Assembly (NCBI GenBank): GCA_964016885.1 | Contig: OZ024744.1 | Coordinates: forward strand, 2,604,001-2,668,000 | Source of the DNA: Eledone cirrhosa | Lineage: Eukaryota | Direction of reading: 5' to 3' | Length of the DNA stretch: 64,000 nt | Part shown: piece after piece, positions 40,787 to 54,800 of the stretch | How the letters are laid out: the number at the start of each line of letters is the position of its first letter | Numbering within the stretch: position 1 is the stretch's first letter | Translations under genes and position numbers: made by a program | Notes under the pieces: model-generated | Told to the model about the DNA's origin: nothing | Seen by the model: only the letters and a program-made list of their open reading frames with translations | Database searches by the model: none

Positions 40787-43609
40787 TTGGTGAAGAACGA
40801 AGTTTTGGGGGAAGACAAGGTAGAGAAAGATAGCTTGGTGAAGAACGAAGTTTTGAGGGAAGACAAGGTAGAGAAAGATAGCTTGGTGAATAACGAAGTT
40901 TTGGGAGAAGACAAGGTAGAGAAAGATAGTTGGTGAAGAACGAAGTTTTGAGGGAAGACAATTTAGAGAAAGATAGATTGGTGAAGAACGACGTTTTGAG
41001 GGAAGACAAGGTAGAGAAAGATAGCTTGGTGAAGAACGACGTTTTGTGGGAAGACAAGGTAGAGAAAGATAGCCTGGTGAAGAACGAAGTTTTGGGGGAA
41101 GACAAGGTAGAGAAAGATAGCTTGGTGAATAACGAAATGTTGGGAGAAGACAAGGTCGAGAAAGATAGCTTGGTGAAGAACGAAATTTTGAGGGAAGACA
41201 ATGTAGAGAAAGATAGCTTGGTGAAGAACGAAGTTTTGGGGGAAGACAAGGTAGAGAAAGATAGCTTGGTGAAGAACGAAGTTTTGGGGGAAGACAAGGT
41301 AGAGAAAGATAGCTTGGTGAAGAACGAAGTTTTGGGGGAAGACAAGGTAGAGAAAGATAGCTTGGTGAAGAACGAAGTTTTGGGGGAAGACAAGGTAGAG
41401 AAAGATAGCTTGGTGAAGAACGAAGTTTTGTGGAAGACAATGTAGAGAAAGATAGCTTGGTGAAGAACGAAGTTTTGGGGAAGACAAGGTAGAGAAAGAT
41501 AGCTTGGTGAATAACGAAGTTTTGGGAGAAGACAAGGTAGAGAAAGATAGCTTGGTGAAGAACGAAGTTTTGAGGGAAGACAAGGTAGAGAAAGATAGCT
41601 TGGTGAAGAACGACATTTTGAGGGAAGACAAGGTAGAGAAAGATAGCTTGGTGAAGAACGACGTTTTGTGGGAAGACAAGGTAGAGAAAGATAGCTTGGT
41701 GAAGAACGAAGTTTTGGGGGAAGACAAGGTAGAGAAAGATAGCTTGGTGAAGAACGAAGTTTTGGGGGAAGACAAGGTAGAGAAAGATAGCTTGGTGAAG
41801 AACGAAGTTTTGGGGGAAGACAAGGTAGAGAAAGATAGCTTGGTGAAGAACGAAGTGTTGGGGAAGACAATGTAGAGAAAGATAGCTTGGTGAAGAACGA
41901 AGTTTTGGGGGAAGACAAGGTAGAGAAAGATAGCTTGGTGAAGAACGAAGGTTTGAGGGAAGACAAGGTAGAGAAAGATAGCTTGGTGAATAACAAAGTT
42001 TTGGGAGAAGACAAGGTCGAGAAAGATAGCTTGGTGAAGAACGAAGTTTTGAGGGTAGACAAGGTAGAGAAAGATAGCTTGGTGAAGAACGACGTTTTGA
42101 GGGAAGACAAGATAGAGAAAGATAGCTTGGTGAAGAACGACGTTTTGTGGGAAGACAAGGTAGAGAAAGATAGCTTGGTGAAGAACGAAGTTTTGTGGGA
42201 AGACAAGGTAGAGAAAGATAGCTTGGTGAAGAACGAAGTTTTGGGGGAAGACAAGGTAGAGAAAGATAGCTTGGTGAAGAACGAAGTTTTGGGGGAAGAC
42301 AAGGTAGAGAAAGATAGCTTGGTGAAGAACGAAGTTTTGGGGGAAATCAAGGTAGAGAATAATAGTTTGGTGAAGAACGAAGTTTTGGGGGAAGACAAGG
42401 TAGAGAAAGATAGCTTGGTGAAGAACGACGTTTTGAGGGAAGACAAGGTAGAGAAAGATAGCTTGGTGAAGAACGAAGTTTTGGGGAAGACAATGTAGAG
42501 AAAGATAGCTTGGTGAAGAACGAAGTTTTGGGGGAAGACAAGGTAGAGAAAGATAGCTTGGTGAAGAACGACGTTTTGGGGGAAGACAAGGTAGAGAAAG
42601 ATAGCTTGGTGAATAACGAAGTTTTGGGAGAAGACAAGGTCGAGAAAGATAGCTTGGTGAAGAACGAAATTTTGAGGGAAGACAAGGTAGAGAAAGATAG
42701 CTTGGTGAAGAACGACGTTTTGAGGGAAGACAAGATAGAGAAAGATAGCTTGGTGAAGAACGACGTTTTGTGGGAAGACAAGGTGGAGAAAGATAGCTTG
42801 GTGAAGAACGAAGTTTTGGGGGAAGACAAGTTAGAGAAAGATAGCTTGGTGAAGAACGAAGTTTTGGTGGAAGACAAGGTAGAGAAAGATAGCTTGGTGA
42901 AGAACGATGTTTTGGGGAAGACAATGTAGAGAAAGATAGCTTGGTGAAGAACGAAGTTTTGGGGGAAGACAAGGTAGAGAAAGATAGCTTGGTGAAGAAC
43001 GAAGTTTTGAGGGAAGACAAGGTAGAGAAAGATAGCTTGGTGAATAACGAAGTTTTGGGAGAAGACAAGGTAGAGAAAGATAGTTGGTGAAGAACGAAGT
43101 TTTGAGGGAAGACAATTTAGAGAAAGATAGATTGGTGAAGAACGACGTTTTGAGGGAAGACAAGGTAGAGAAAGATAGCTTGGTGAAGAACGGCGTTTTG
43201 TGGGAAGACAAGGTAGAGAAAGATAGCTTGGTGAAGAACGAAGTTTTGGGGGAAGACAAGGTAGAGAAAGATAGCTTGGTGAAGAACGAAGTTTTGGGGA
43301 AGACAATGTAGAGAAAGATAGCTTGGTGAAGAACGAAGTTTTGGGGGAAGACAAGGTAGAGAAAGATAGCTTGGTGAAGAACGAAGTTTTGAGGGAAGAC
43401 AAGGTAGAGAAAGATAGCTTGGTGAATAACGAAGTTTTGGGAGAAGACAAGGTAGAGAAAGATAGCTTGGTGAAGAACGACGTTTTGAGGGAAGACAAGG
43501 TAGAGAAAGATAGCTTGGTGAAGAACGAAGTTTTGGGGAAGACAATGTAGAGAAAGATAGCTTGGTGAAGAACGAAGTTTTGGGGGAAGACAAGGTAGAG
43601 AAAGATAGC

Positions 43610-46600
43610 TTGGTGAAGAACGAAGTTTTGAGGGAAGACAAGGTAGAGAAAGATAGCTTGGTGAAGAACGAAGTTTTGAGGGAAGTCAAGGTAGAGAAAG
43701 ATAGCTTGGTGAAGAACGACGTTTTGAGGGAATACAAGGTAGAGAAAGATACCTTGGTGAAGAACGACGTTTTGGGGGAAGACAAGGTAGAGAAAGATAG
43801 CTTGGTGAAGAACAACGTTTTGGGGGAAGACAAGGAAGAGAAAGATAGCTTGGTGAAGAACGAAGTATTGAGGGAAGACTCGGTAGAGAAAGATAGCTTG
43901 GTGAAGAACGAAGTTTTGAGGGAAGACAAGGTAGAGAAATATAGCTTGGTGAAGAACGAGGTTTTGAGGGAAGACAAGGTAGAGAAAGATAGCTTGGTGA
44001 AGAACGAAGTTTTGGGGGAAGACAAGGTAGAGAAAGATAGCTTCGTGAAGAACGAAGTTTTGAGGGAAGACAAGGTAGAGAAATATAGCTTGGTGAAGAA
44101 CGAAGTTTTGGGGGAAGACAATGTAGAGAAAGATAGATTGCTGAAGAACGAAGTTTTGAGGGACGACAAAGTAGAGAAAGATAGCTTGGTGAAGAACGAA
44201 GTTTTGGGGAAGACAAGGTAGAGAAAGATAGCTTGGTGAAGAACGAAGTTTTGAGGGAAGACAAGGTAGAGAAAGATAGCTTGGTGAAGAACGAGGTTTT
44301 GAGGGAAGACAAGGTAGAGAAAGATAGCTTGGTGAAGAACGACGTTTTGAGGGAAGACAAGGTAGAGAAAGATAGCTTGGTGAAGAACGACGTTTTGGGG
44401 GAAGAAAGGTAGAGAAAGATAGCTTGGTGAAGAACAAAGTTTTGGGGGAAGACAAGGTATAGAAAGATAGCTTGGTGAAGAACGAAGTATTGAGGGAAGA
44501 CTCGGTAGAGAAAGATAGCTTGGTGAAGAACGAAGTTTTTAGGGAAGACAAGGTAGAGAAAGATAGCTTGGTGAAGAACGAGGTTTTGAGGGAAGACAAG
44601 GTAGAGAAAGATAGCTTGGTGAAGAACGACGTTTTGGGGGAAGAAAGGTAGAGAAAGATAGCTTGGTGAAGAACAAAGTTTTGGGGGAAGACAAGGTAGA
44701 GAAAGATAGCTTGGTGAAGAACGAAGTGTTGGGGAAGACAATGTAGAGAAAGATAGCTTGGTGAAGAACGAAGTTTTGGGGGAAGACAAGGTAGAGAAAG
44801 ATAGCTTGGTGAAGAACGAAGGTTTGAGGGAAGACAAGGTAGAGAAAGATAGCTTGGTGAATAACAAAGTTTTGGGAGAAGACAAGGTCGAGAAAGATAG
44901 CTTGGTGAAGAACGAAGTTTTGAGGGTAGACAAGGTAGAGAAAGATAGCTTGGTGAAGAACGACGTTTTGAGGGAAGACAAGATAGAGAAAGATAGCTTG
45001 GTGAAGAACGACGTTTTGTGGGAAGACAAGGTAGAGAAAGATAGCTTGGTGAAGAACGAAGTTTTGTGGGAAGACAAGGTAGAGAAAGATAGCTTGGTGA
45101 AGAACGAAGTTTTGGGGGAAGACAAGGTAGAGAAAGATAGCTTGGTGAAGAACGAAGTTTTGGGGGAAGACAAGGTAGAGAAAGATAGCTTGGTGAAGAA
45201 CGAAGTTTTGGGGGAAATCAAGGTAGAGAATAATAGTTTGGTGAAGAACGAAGTTTTGGGGGAAGACAAGGTAGAGAAAGATAGCTTGGTGAAGAACGAC
45301 GTTTTGAGGGAAGACAAGGTAGAGAAAGATAGCTTGGTGAAGAACGAAATTTTGGGGAAGACAATGTAGAGAAAGATAGCTTGGTGAAGAACGAAGTTTT
45401 GGGGGAAGACAAGGTAGAGAAAGATAGCTTGGTGAAGAACTAAGTTTTGGGAGAAAACAAGGTAGAGAAAGATAGCTTGGTGAAGAACGAAGTTTTGAGG
45501 GAAGACAAGGTAGAGAAAGATAGCTTGGTGAAGAACGACGTTTTGAGGGAAGACAAGGTAGAGAAAGATAGCTTGGTGAAGAACGACGTTTTGTGGGAAG
45601 ACAAGGTAGAGAAAGATAGCTTGGTGAAGAACGAAGTTTTGGGGGGAAGACAAGGTAGAGAAAGATAGCTTGGTGAATAACGAAGTTTTGGGAGAAGACA
45701 AGGTCGAGAAAGATAGCTTGGTGAAGAACGAAATTTTGAGGGAAGCCAAGGTAGAGAAAGATAGCTTGGTGAAGAACGACGTTTTGAGGGAAGACAAGAT
45801 AGAGAAAGATAGCTTGGTGAAGAACGACGTTTTGTGGGAAGACAAGGTGGAGAAAGATAGCTTGGTGAAGAACGAAGTTTTGGGGGAAGACAAGTTAGAG
45901 AAAGATAGCTTGGTGAAGAACGAAGTTTTGGTGGAAGACAAGGTAGAGAAAGATAGCTTGGTGAAGAACGATGTTTTGGGGAAGACAATGTAGATAAAGA
46001 TAGCTTGGTGAAGAACGAAGTTTTGGGGGAAGACAAGGTAGAGAAAGATAGCTTGGTGAAGAACGAAGTTTTGAGGGAAGACAAGGTAGAGAAAGATAGC
46101 TTGGTGAATAACGAAGTTTTGGGAGAAGACAAGGTAGAGAAAGATAGTTGGTGAAGAACGAAGTTTTGAGGGGAGACAATTTAGAGAAAGATAGATTGGT
46201 GAAGAACGACGTTTTGAGGGAAGACAAGGTAGAGAAAGATAGCTTGGTGAAGAACGACGTTTTGTGGGAAGACAAGGTAGAGAAAGATAGCTTGGTGAAG
46301 AACGAAGTTTTGGGGGAAGACAAGGTAGAGAAAGATAGCTTGGTGAAGAACGAAGTTTTGGGGAAGACAATGTAGAGAAAGATAGCTTGGTGAAGAACGA
46401 AGTTTTGGGGGAAGACAAGGTAGAGAAAGATAGCTTGGTGAAGAACGAAGTTTTGAGGGAAGACAAGGTAGAGAAAGATAGCTTGGTGAATAACGAAGTT
46501 TTGGGAGAAGACAAGGTAGAGAAAGATAGCTTGGTGAAGAACGACGTTTTGAGGGAAGACAAGGTAGAGAAAGATAGCTTGGTGAAGAACGAAGTTTTGG

Positions 46601-49600
46601 GGAAGACAATGTAGAGAAAGATAGCTTGGTGAAGAACGAAGTTTTGGGGGAAGACAAGGTAGAGAAAGATAGCTTGGTGAAGAACGAAGTTTTGAGGGAA
46701 GACAAGGTAGAGAAAGATAGCTTGGTGAAGAACGAAGTTTTGAGGGAAGTCAAGGTAGAGAAAGATAGCTTGGTGAAGAACGACGTTTTGAGGGAATACA
46801 AGGTAGAGAAAGATACCTTGGTGAAGAACGACGTTTTGGGGGAAGACAAGGTAGAGAAAGATAGCTTGGTGAAGAACAACGTTTTGGGGGAAGACAAGGA
46901 AGAGAAAGATAGCTTGGTGAAGAACGAAGTATTGAGGGAAGACTCGGTAGAGAAAGAGAGCTTGGTGAAGAACGAAGTTTTGAGGGAAGACAAGGTAGAG
47001 AAATATAGCTTGGTGAAGAACGAGGTTTTGAGGGAAGACAAGGTAGAGAAAGATAGCTTGGTGAAGAACGAAGTTTTGGGGGAAGACAAGGTAGAGAAAG
47101 ATAGCTTCGTGAAGAACGAAGTTTTGAGGGAAGACAAGGTAGAGAAAGATAGCTTGGTGAAGAACGAAGTTTTGGGGGAAGACAATGTAGAGAAAGATAG
47201 ATTGCTGAAGAACGAAGTTTTGAGGGACGACAAAGTAGAGAAAGATAGCTTGGTGAAGAACGAAGTTTTGGGGAAGACAAGGTAGAGAAAGATAGCTTGG
47301 TGAAGAACGAAGTTTTGAGGGAAGACAAGGTAGAGAAAGATAGCTTGGTGAAGAACGAAGTTTTGAGGGAAGACAAGGTAGAGAAAGATAGCTTGGTGAA
47401 GAACGAGGTTTTGAGGGACGACAAGGTAGAGAAAGATAGCTTGGTGAAGAACGACGTTTTGGGGGAAGAAAGGTAGAGAAAGATAGCTTGGTGAAGAACA
47501 AAGTTTTGGGGGAAGACAAGGTAGAGAAAGATAGCTTGGTGAAGAACGAAGTATTGAGGGAAGATTCGGTAGAGAAAGATAGCTTGGTGAAGAACGAAGT
47601 TTTGTGGAAGACAATGTAGAGAAAGATAGCTTGGTGAAGAACGAAGTTTTGGGGAAGACAAGGTAGAGAAAGATAGCTTGGTGAATAACGAAGTTTTGGG
47701 AGAAGACAAGGTAGAGAAAGATAGCTTGGTGAAGAACGAAGTTTTGAGGGAAGACAAGGTAGAGAAAGATAGCTTGGTGAAGAACGAAGTTTTGAGGGAA
47801 GTCAAGGTAGAGAAAGATAGCTTGGTGAAGAACGACGTTTTGAGGGAATACAAGGTAGAGAAAGATACCTTGGTGAAGAACGACGTTTTGGGGGAAGACA
47901 AGGTAGAGAAAGATAGCTTGGTGAAGAACAACGTTTTGGGGGAAGACAAGGAAGAGAAAGATAGCTTGGTGAAGAACGAAGTATTGAGGGAAGACTCGGT
48001 AGAGAAAGATAGCTTGGTGAAGAACGAAGTTTTGAGGGAAGACAAGGTAGAGAAATATAGCTTGGTGAAGAACGAGGTTTTGAGGGAAGACAAGGTAGAG
48101 AAAGATAGCTTGGTGAAGAACGAAGTTTTGGGGGAAGACAAGGTAGAGAAAGATAGCTTCGTGAAGAACGAAGTTTTGAGGGAAGACAAGGTAGAGAAAT
48201 ATAGCTTGGTGAAGAACGAAGTTTTGGGGGAAGACAATGTAGAGAAAGATAGATTGCTGAAGAACGAAGTTTTGAGGGACGACAAAGTAGAGAAAGATAG
48301 CTTGGTGAAGAACGAAGTTTTGGGGAAGACAAGGTAGAGAAAGATAGCTTGGTGAAGAACGAAGTTTTGAGGGAAGACAAGGTAGAGAAAGATAGCTTGG
48401 TGAAGAACGAGGTTTTGAGGGAAGACAAGGTAGAGAAAGATAGCTTGGTGAAGAACGACGTTTTGAGGGAAGACAAGGTAGAGAAAGATAGCTTGGTGAA
48501 GAACGACGTTTTGGGGGAAGAAAGGTAGAGAAAGATAGCTTGGTGAAGAACAAAGTTTTGGGGGAAGACAAGGTATAGAAAGATAGCTTGGTGAAGAACG
48601 AAGTATTGAGGGAAGACTCGGTAGAGAAAGATAGCTTGGTGAAGAACGAAGTTTTTAGGGAAGACAAGGTAGAGAAAGATAGCTTGGTGAAGAACGAGGT
48701 TTTGAGGGAAGACAAGGTAGAGAAAGATAGCTTGGTGAAGAACGACGTTTTGGGGGAAGAAAGGTAGAGAAAGATAGCTTGGTGAAGAACAAAGTTTTGG
48801 GGGAAGACAAGGTAGAGAAAGATAGCTTGGTGAAGAACGAAGTGTTGGGGAAGACAATGTAGAGAAAGATAGCTTGGTGAAGAACGAAGTTTTGGGGGAA
48901 GACAAGGTAGAGAAAGATAGCTTGGTGAAGAACGAAGGTTTGAGGGAAGACAAGGTAGAGAAAGATAGCTTGGTGAATAACAAAGTTTTGGGAGAAGACA
49001 AGGTCGAGAAAGATAGCTTGGTGAAGAACGAAGTTTTGAGGGTAGACAAGGTAGAGAAAGATAGCTTGGTGAAGAACGACGTTTTGAGGGAAGACAAGAT
49101 AGAGAAAGATAGCTTGGTGAAGAACGACGTTTTGTGGGAAGACAAGGTAGAGAAAGATAGCTTGGTGAAGAACGAAGTTTTGTGGGAAGACAAGGTAGAG
49201 AAAGATAGCTTGGTGAAGAACGAAGTTTTGGGGGAAGACAAGGTAGAGAAAGATAGCTTGGTGAAGAACGAAGTTTTGGGGGAAGACAAGGTAGAGAAAG
49301 ATAGCTTGGTGAAGAACGAAGTTTTGGGGGAAATCAAGGTAGAGAATAATAGTTTGGTGAAGAACGAAGTTTTGGGGGAAGACAAGGTAGAGAAAGATAG
49401 CTTGGTGAAGAACGACGTTTTGAGGGAAGACAAGGTAGAGAAAGATAGCTTGGTGAAGAACGAAATTTTGGGGAAGACAATGTAGAGAAAGATAGCTTGG
49501 TGAAGAACGAAGTTTTGGGGGAAGACAAGGTAGAGAAAGATAGCTTGGTGAAGAACTAAGTTTTGGGAGAAAACAAGGTAGAGAAAGATAGCTTGGTGAA

Positions 49601-51850
49601 GAACGAAGTTTTGAGGGAAGACAAGGTAGAGAAAGATAGCTTGGTGAAGAACGACGTTTTGAGGGAAGACAAGGTAGAGAAAGATAGCTTGGTGAAGAAC
49701 GACGTTTTGTGGGAAGACAAGGTAGAGAAAGATAGCTTGGTGAAGAACGAAGTTTTGGGGGGAAGACAAGGTAGAGAAAGATAGCTTGGTGAATAACGAA
49801 GTTTTGGGAGAAGACAAGGTCGAGAAAGATAGCTTGGTGAAGAACGAAATTTTGAGGGAAGCCAAGGTAGAGAAAGATAGCTTGGTGAAGAACGACGTTT
49901 TGAGGGAAGACAAGATAGAGAAAGATAGCTTGGTGAAGAACGACGTTTTGTGGGAAGACAAGGTGGAGAAAGATAGCTTGGTGAAGAACGAAGTTTTGGG
50001 GGAAGACAAGTTAGAGAAAGATAGCTTGGTGAAGAACGAAGTTTTGGTGGAAGACAAGGTAGAGAAAGATAGCTTGGTGAAGAACGATGTTTTGGGGAAG
50101 ACAATGTAGATAAAGATAGCTTGGTGAAGAACGAAGTTTTGGGGGAAGACAAGGTAGAGAAAGATAGCTTGGTGAAGAACGAAGTTTTGAGGGAAGACAA
50201 GGTAGAGAAAGATAGCTTGGTGAATAACGAAGTTTTGGGAGAAGACAAGGTAGAGAAAGATAGTTGGTGAAGAACGAAGTTTTGAGGGGAGACAATTTAG
50301 AGAAAGATAGATTGGTGAAGAACGACGTTTTGAGGGAAGACAAGGTAGAGAAAGATAGCTTGGTGAAGAACGACGTTTTGTGGGAAGACAAGGTAGAGAA
50401 AGATAGCTTGGTGAAGAACGAAGTTTTGGGGGAAGACAAGGTAGAGAAAGATAGCTTGGTGAAGAACGAAGTTTTGGGGAAGACAATGTAGAGAAAGATA
50501 GCTTGGTGAAGAACGAAGTTTTGGGGGAAGACAAGGTAGAGAAAGATAGCTTGGTGAAGAACGAAGTTTTGAGGGAAGACAAGGTAGAGAAAGATAGCTT
50601 GGTGAATAACGAAGTTTTGGGAGAAGACAAGGTAGAGAAAGATAGCTTGGTGAAGAACGACGTTTTGAGGGAAGACAAGGTAGAGAAAGATAGCTTGGTG
50701 AAGAACGAAGTTTTGGGGAAGACAATGTAGAGAAAGATAGCTTGGTGAAGAACGAAGTTTTGGGGGAAGACAAGGTAGAGAAAGATAGCTTGGTGAAGAA
50801 CGAAGTTTTGAGGGAAGACAAGGTAGAGAAAGATAGCTTGGTGAAGAACGAAGTTTTGAGGGAAGTCAAGGTAGAGAAAGATAGCTTGGTGAAGAACGAC
50901 GTTTTGAGGGAATACAAGGTAGAGAAAGATACCTTGGTGAAGAACGACGTTTTGGGGGAAGACAAGGTAGAGAAAGATAGCTTGGTGAAGAACAACGTTT
51001 TGGGGGAAGACAAGGAAGAGAAAGATAGCTTGGTGAAGAACGAAGTATTGAGGGAAGACTCGGTAGAGAAAGAGAGCTTGGTGAAGAACGAAGTTTTGAG
51101 GGAAGACAAGGTAGAGAAATATAGCTTGGTGAAGAACGAGGTTTTGAGGGAAGACAAGGTAGAGAAAGATAGCTTGGTGAAGAACGAAGTTTTGGGGGAA
51201 GACAAGGTAGAGAAAGATAGCTTCGTGAAGAACGAAGTTTTGAGGGAAGACAAGGTAGAGAAAGATAGCTTGGTGAAGAACGAAGTTTTGGGGGAAGACA
51301 ATGTAGAGAAAGATAGATTGCTGAAGAACGAAGTTTTGAGGGACGACAAAGTAGAGAAAGATAGCTTGGTGAAGAACGAAGTTTTGGGGAAGACAAGGTA
51401 GAGAAAGATAGCTTGGTGAAGAACGAAGTTTTGAGGGAAGACAAGGTAGAGAAAGATAGCTTGGTGAAGAACGAAGTTTTGAGGGAAGACAAGGTAGAGA
51501 AAGATAGCTTGGTGAAGAACGAGGTTTTGAGGGACGACAAGGTAGAGAAAGATAGCTTGGTGAAGAACGACGTTTTGGGGGAAGAAAGGTAGAGAAAGAT
51601 AGCTTGGTGAAGAACAAAGTTTTGGGGGAAGACAAGGTAGAGAAAGATAGCTTGGTGAAGAACGAAGTATTGAGGGAAGATTCGGTAGAGAAAGATAGCT
51701 TGGTGAAGAACGAAGTTTTGTGGAAGACAATGTAGAGAAAGATAGCTTGGTGAAGAACGAAGTTTTGGGGAAGACAAGGTAGAGAAAGATAGCTTGGTGA
51801 ATAACGAAGTTTTGGGAGAAGACAAGGTAGAGAAAGATAGCTTGGTGAAG
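43610..51850 (+). repeat. Tandem duplication of a 4,116-bp block (86 monomers)
   Basis: ORF starts 43562/47678, 44758/48874, 45447/49563 and 46626/50742 are offset by 4,116. Shared variants are GAAATTTTGGGGAAG, a G6 run (45641/49757), GAGGTTTTGAGGGACGAC and GATTCGG. Confidence 0.9.
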
Positions 51851-54800
51851 AACGAAGTTTTGAGGGAAGACAAGGTAGAGAAAGATAGCTTGGTGAAGAA
51901 CGACATTTTGAGGGAAGACAAGGTAGAGAAAGATAGCTTGGTGAAGAACGACGTTTTGTGGGAAGACAAGGTAGAGAAAGATAGCTTGGTGAAGAACGAA
52001 GTTTTGGGGGAAGACAAGGTAGAGAAAGATAGCTTGGTGAAGAACGAAGTTTTGGGGGAAGACAAGGTAGAGAAAGATAGCTTGGTGAAGAACGAAGTTT
52101 TGGGGGAAGACAAGGTAGAGAAAGATAGCTTGGTGAAGAACGAAGTGTTGGGGAAGACAATGTAGAGAAAGATAGCTTGGTGAAGAACGAAGTTTTGGGG
52201 GAAGACAAGGTAGAGAAAGATAGCTTGGTGAAGAACGAAGGTTTGAGGGAAGACAAGGTAGAGAAAGATAGCTTGGTGAATAACAAAGTTTTGGGAGAAG
52301 ACAAGGTCGAGAAAGATAGCTTGGTGAAGAACGAAGTTTTGAGGGTAGACAAGGTAGAGAAAGATAGCTTGGTGAAGAACGACGTTTTGAGGGAAGACAA
52401 GATAGAGAAAGATAGCTTGGTGAAGAACGACGTTTTGTGGGAAGACAAGGTAGAGAAAGATAGCTTGGTGAAGAACGAAGTTTTGTGGGAAGACAAGGTA
52501 GAGAAAGATAGCTTGGTGAAGAACGAAGTTTTGGGGGAAGACAAGGTAGAGAAAGATAGCTTGGTGAAGAACGAAGTTTTGGGGGAAGACAAGGTAGAGA
52601 AAGATAGCTTGGTGAAGAACGAAGTTTTGGGGGAAATCAAGGTAGAGAATAATAGTTTGGTGAAGAACGAAGTTTTGGGGGAAGACAAGGTAGAGAAAGA
52701 TAGCTTGGTGAAGAACGACGTTTTGAGGGAAGACAAGGTAGAGAAAGATAGCTTGTTGAAGAACGAAGTTTTGGGGAAGACAATGTAGAGAAAGATAGCT
52801 TGGTGAAGAACGAAGTTTTGGGGGAAGACAAGGTAGAGAAAGATAGCTTGGTGAAGAACTAAGTTTTGGGAGAAAACAAGGTAGAGAAAGATAGCTTGGT
52901 GAAGAACGAAGTTTTGAGGGAAGACAAGGTAGAGAAAGATAGCTTGGTGAAGAACGACGTTTTGAGGGAAGACAAGGTAGAGAAAGATAGCTTGGTGAAG
53001 AACGACGTTTTGTGGGAAGACAAGGTAGAGAAAGATAGCTTGGTGAAGAACGACGTTTTGGGGGAAGACAAGGTAGAGAAAGATAGCTTGGTGAATAACG
53101 AAGTTTTGGGAGAAGACAAGGTCGAGAAAGATAGCTTGGTGAAGAACGAAATTTTGAGGGAAGACAAGGTAGAGAAAGATAGCTTGGTGAAGAACGACGT
53201 TTTGAGGGAAGACAAGATAGAGAAAGATAGCTTGGTGAAGAACGACGTTTTGTGGGAAGACAAGGTGGAGAAAGATAGCTTGGTGAAGAACGAAGTTTTG
53301 GGGGAAGACAAGTTAGAGAAAGATAGCTTGGTGAAGAACGAAGTTTTGGTGGAAGACAAGGTAGAGAAAGATAGCTTGGTGAAGAACGATGTTTTGGGGA
53401 AGACAATGTAGAGAAAGATAGCTTGGTGAAGAACGAAGTTTTGGGGGAAGACAAGGTAGAGAAAGATAGCTTGGTGAAGAACGAAGTTTTGAGGGAAGAC
53501 AAGGTAGAGAAAGATAGCTTGGTGAATAACGAAGTTTTGGGAGAAGACAAGGTAGAGAAAGATAGTTGGTGAAGAACGAAGTTTTGAGGGAAGACAATTT
53601 AGAGAAAGATAGATTGGTGAAGAACGACGTTTTGAGGGAAGACAAGGTAGAGAAAGATAGCTTGGTGAAGAACGGCGTTTTGTGGGAAGACAAGGTAGAG
53701 AAAGATAGCTTGGTGAAGAACGAAGTTTTGGGGGAAGACAAGGTAGAGAAAGATAGCTTGGTGAAGAACGAAGTTTTGGGGAAGACAATGTAGAGAAAGA
53801 TAGCTTGGTGAAGAACGAAGTTTTGGGGGAAGACAAGGTAGAGAAAGATAGCTTGGTGAAGAACGACGTTTTGAGGGAAGACAAGGTAGAGAAAGATAGC
53901 TTGGTGAAGAACGAAGTTTTGGGGAAGACAATGTAGAGAAAGATAGCTTGGTGAAGAACGAAGTTTTGGGGGAAGACAAGGTAGAGAAAGATAGCTTGGT
54001 GAAGAACGAAGTTTTGAGGGAAGACAAGGTAGAGAAAGATAGCTTGGTGAAGAACGAAGTTTTGAGGGAAGTCAAGGTAGAGAAAGATAGCTTGGTGAAG
54101 AACGACGTTTTGAGGGAATACAAGGTAGAGAAAGATACCTTGGTGAAGAACGACGTTTTGGGGGAAGACAAGGTAGAGAAAGATAGCTTGGTGAAGAACA
54201 ACGTTTTGGGGGAAGACAAGGAAGAGAAAGATAGCTTGGTGAAGAACGAAGTATTGAGGGAAGACTCGGTAGAGAAAGATAGCTTGGTGAAGAACGAAGT
54301 TTTGAGGGAAGACAAGGTAGAGAAATATAGCTTGGTGAAGAACGAGGTTTTGAGGGAAGACAAGGTAGAGAAAGATAGCTTGGTGAAGAACGAAGTTTTG
54401 GGGGAAGACAAGGTAGAGAAAGATAGCTTCGTGAAGAACGAAGTTTTGAGGGAAGACAAGGTAGAGAAATATAGCTTGGTGAAGAACGAAGTTTTGGGGG
54501 AAGACAATGTAGAGAAAGATAGATTGCTGAAGAACGAAGTTTTGAGGGACGACAAAGTAGAGAAAGATAGCTTGGTGAAGAACGAAGTTTTGGGGAAGAC
54601 AAGGTAGAGAAAGATAGCTTGGTGAAGAACGAAGTTTTGAGGGAAGACTCGGTAGAGAAAGATAGCTTGGTGAAGAACGAGGTTTTGAGGGAAGACAAGG
54701 TAGAGAAAGATAGCTTGGTGAAGAACGACGTTTTGAGGGAAGACAAGGTAGAGAAAGATAGCTTGGTGAAGAACGACGTTTTGGGGGAAGAAAGGTAGAG

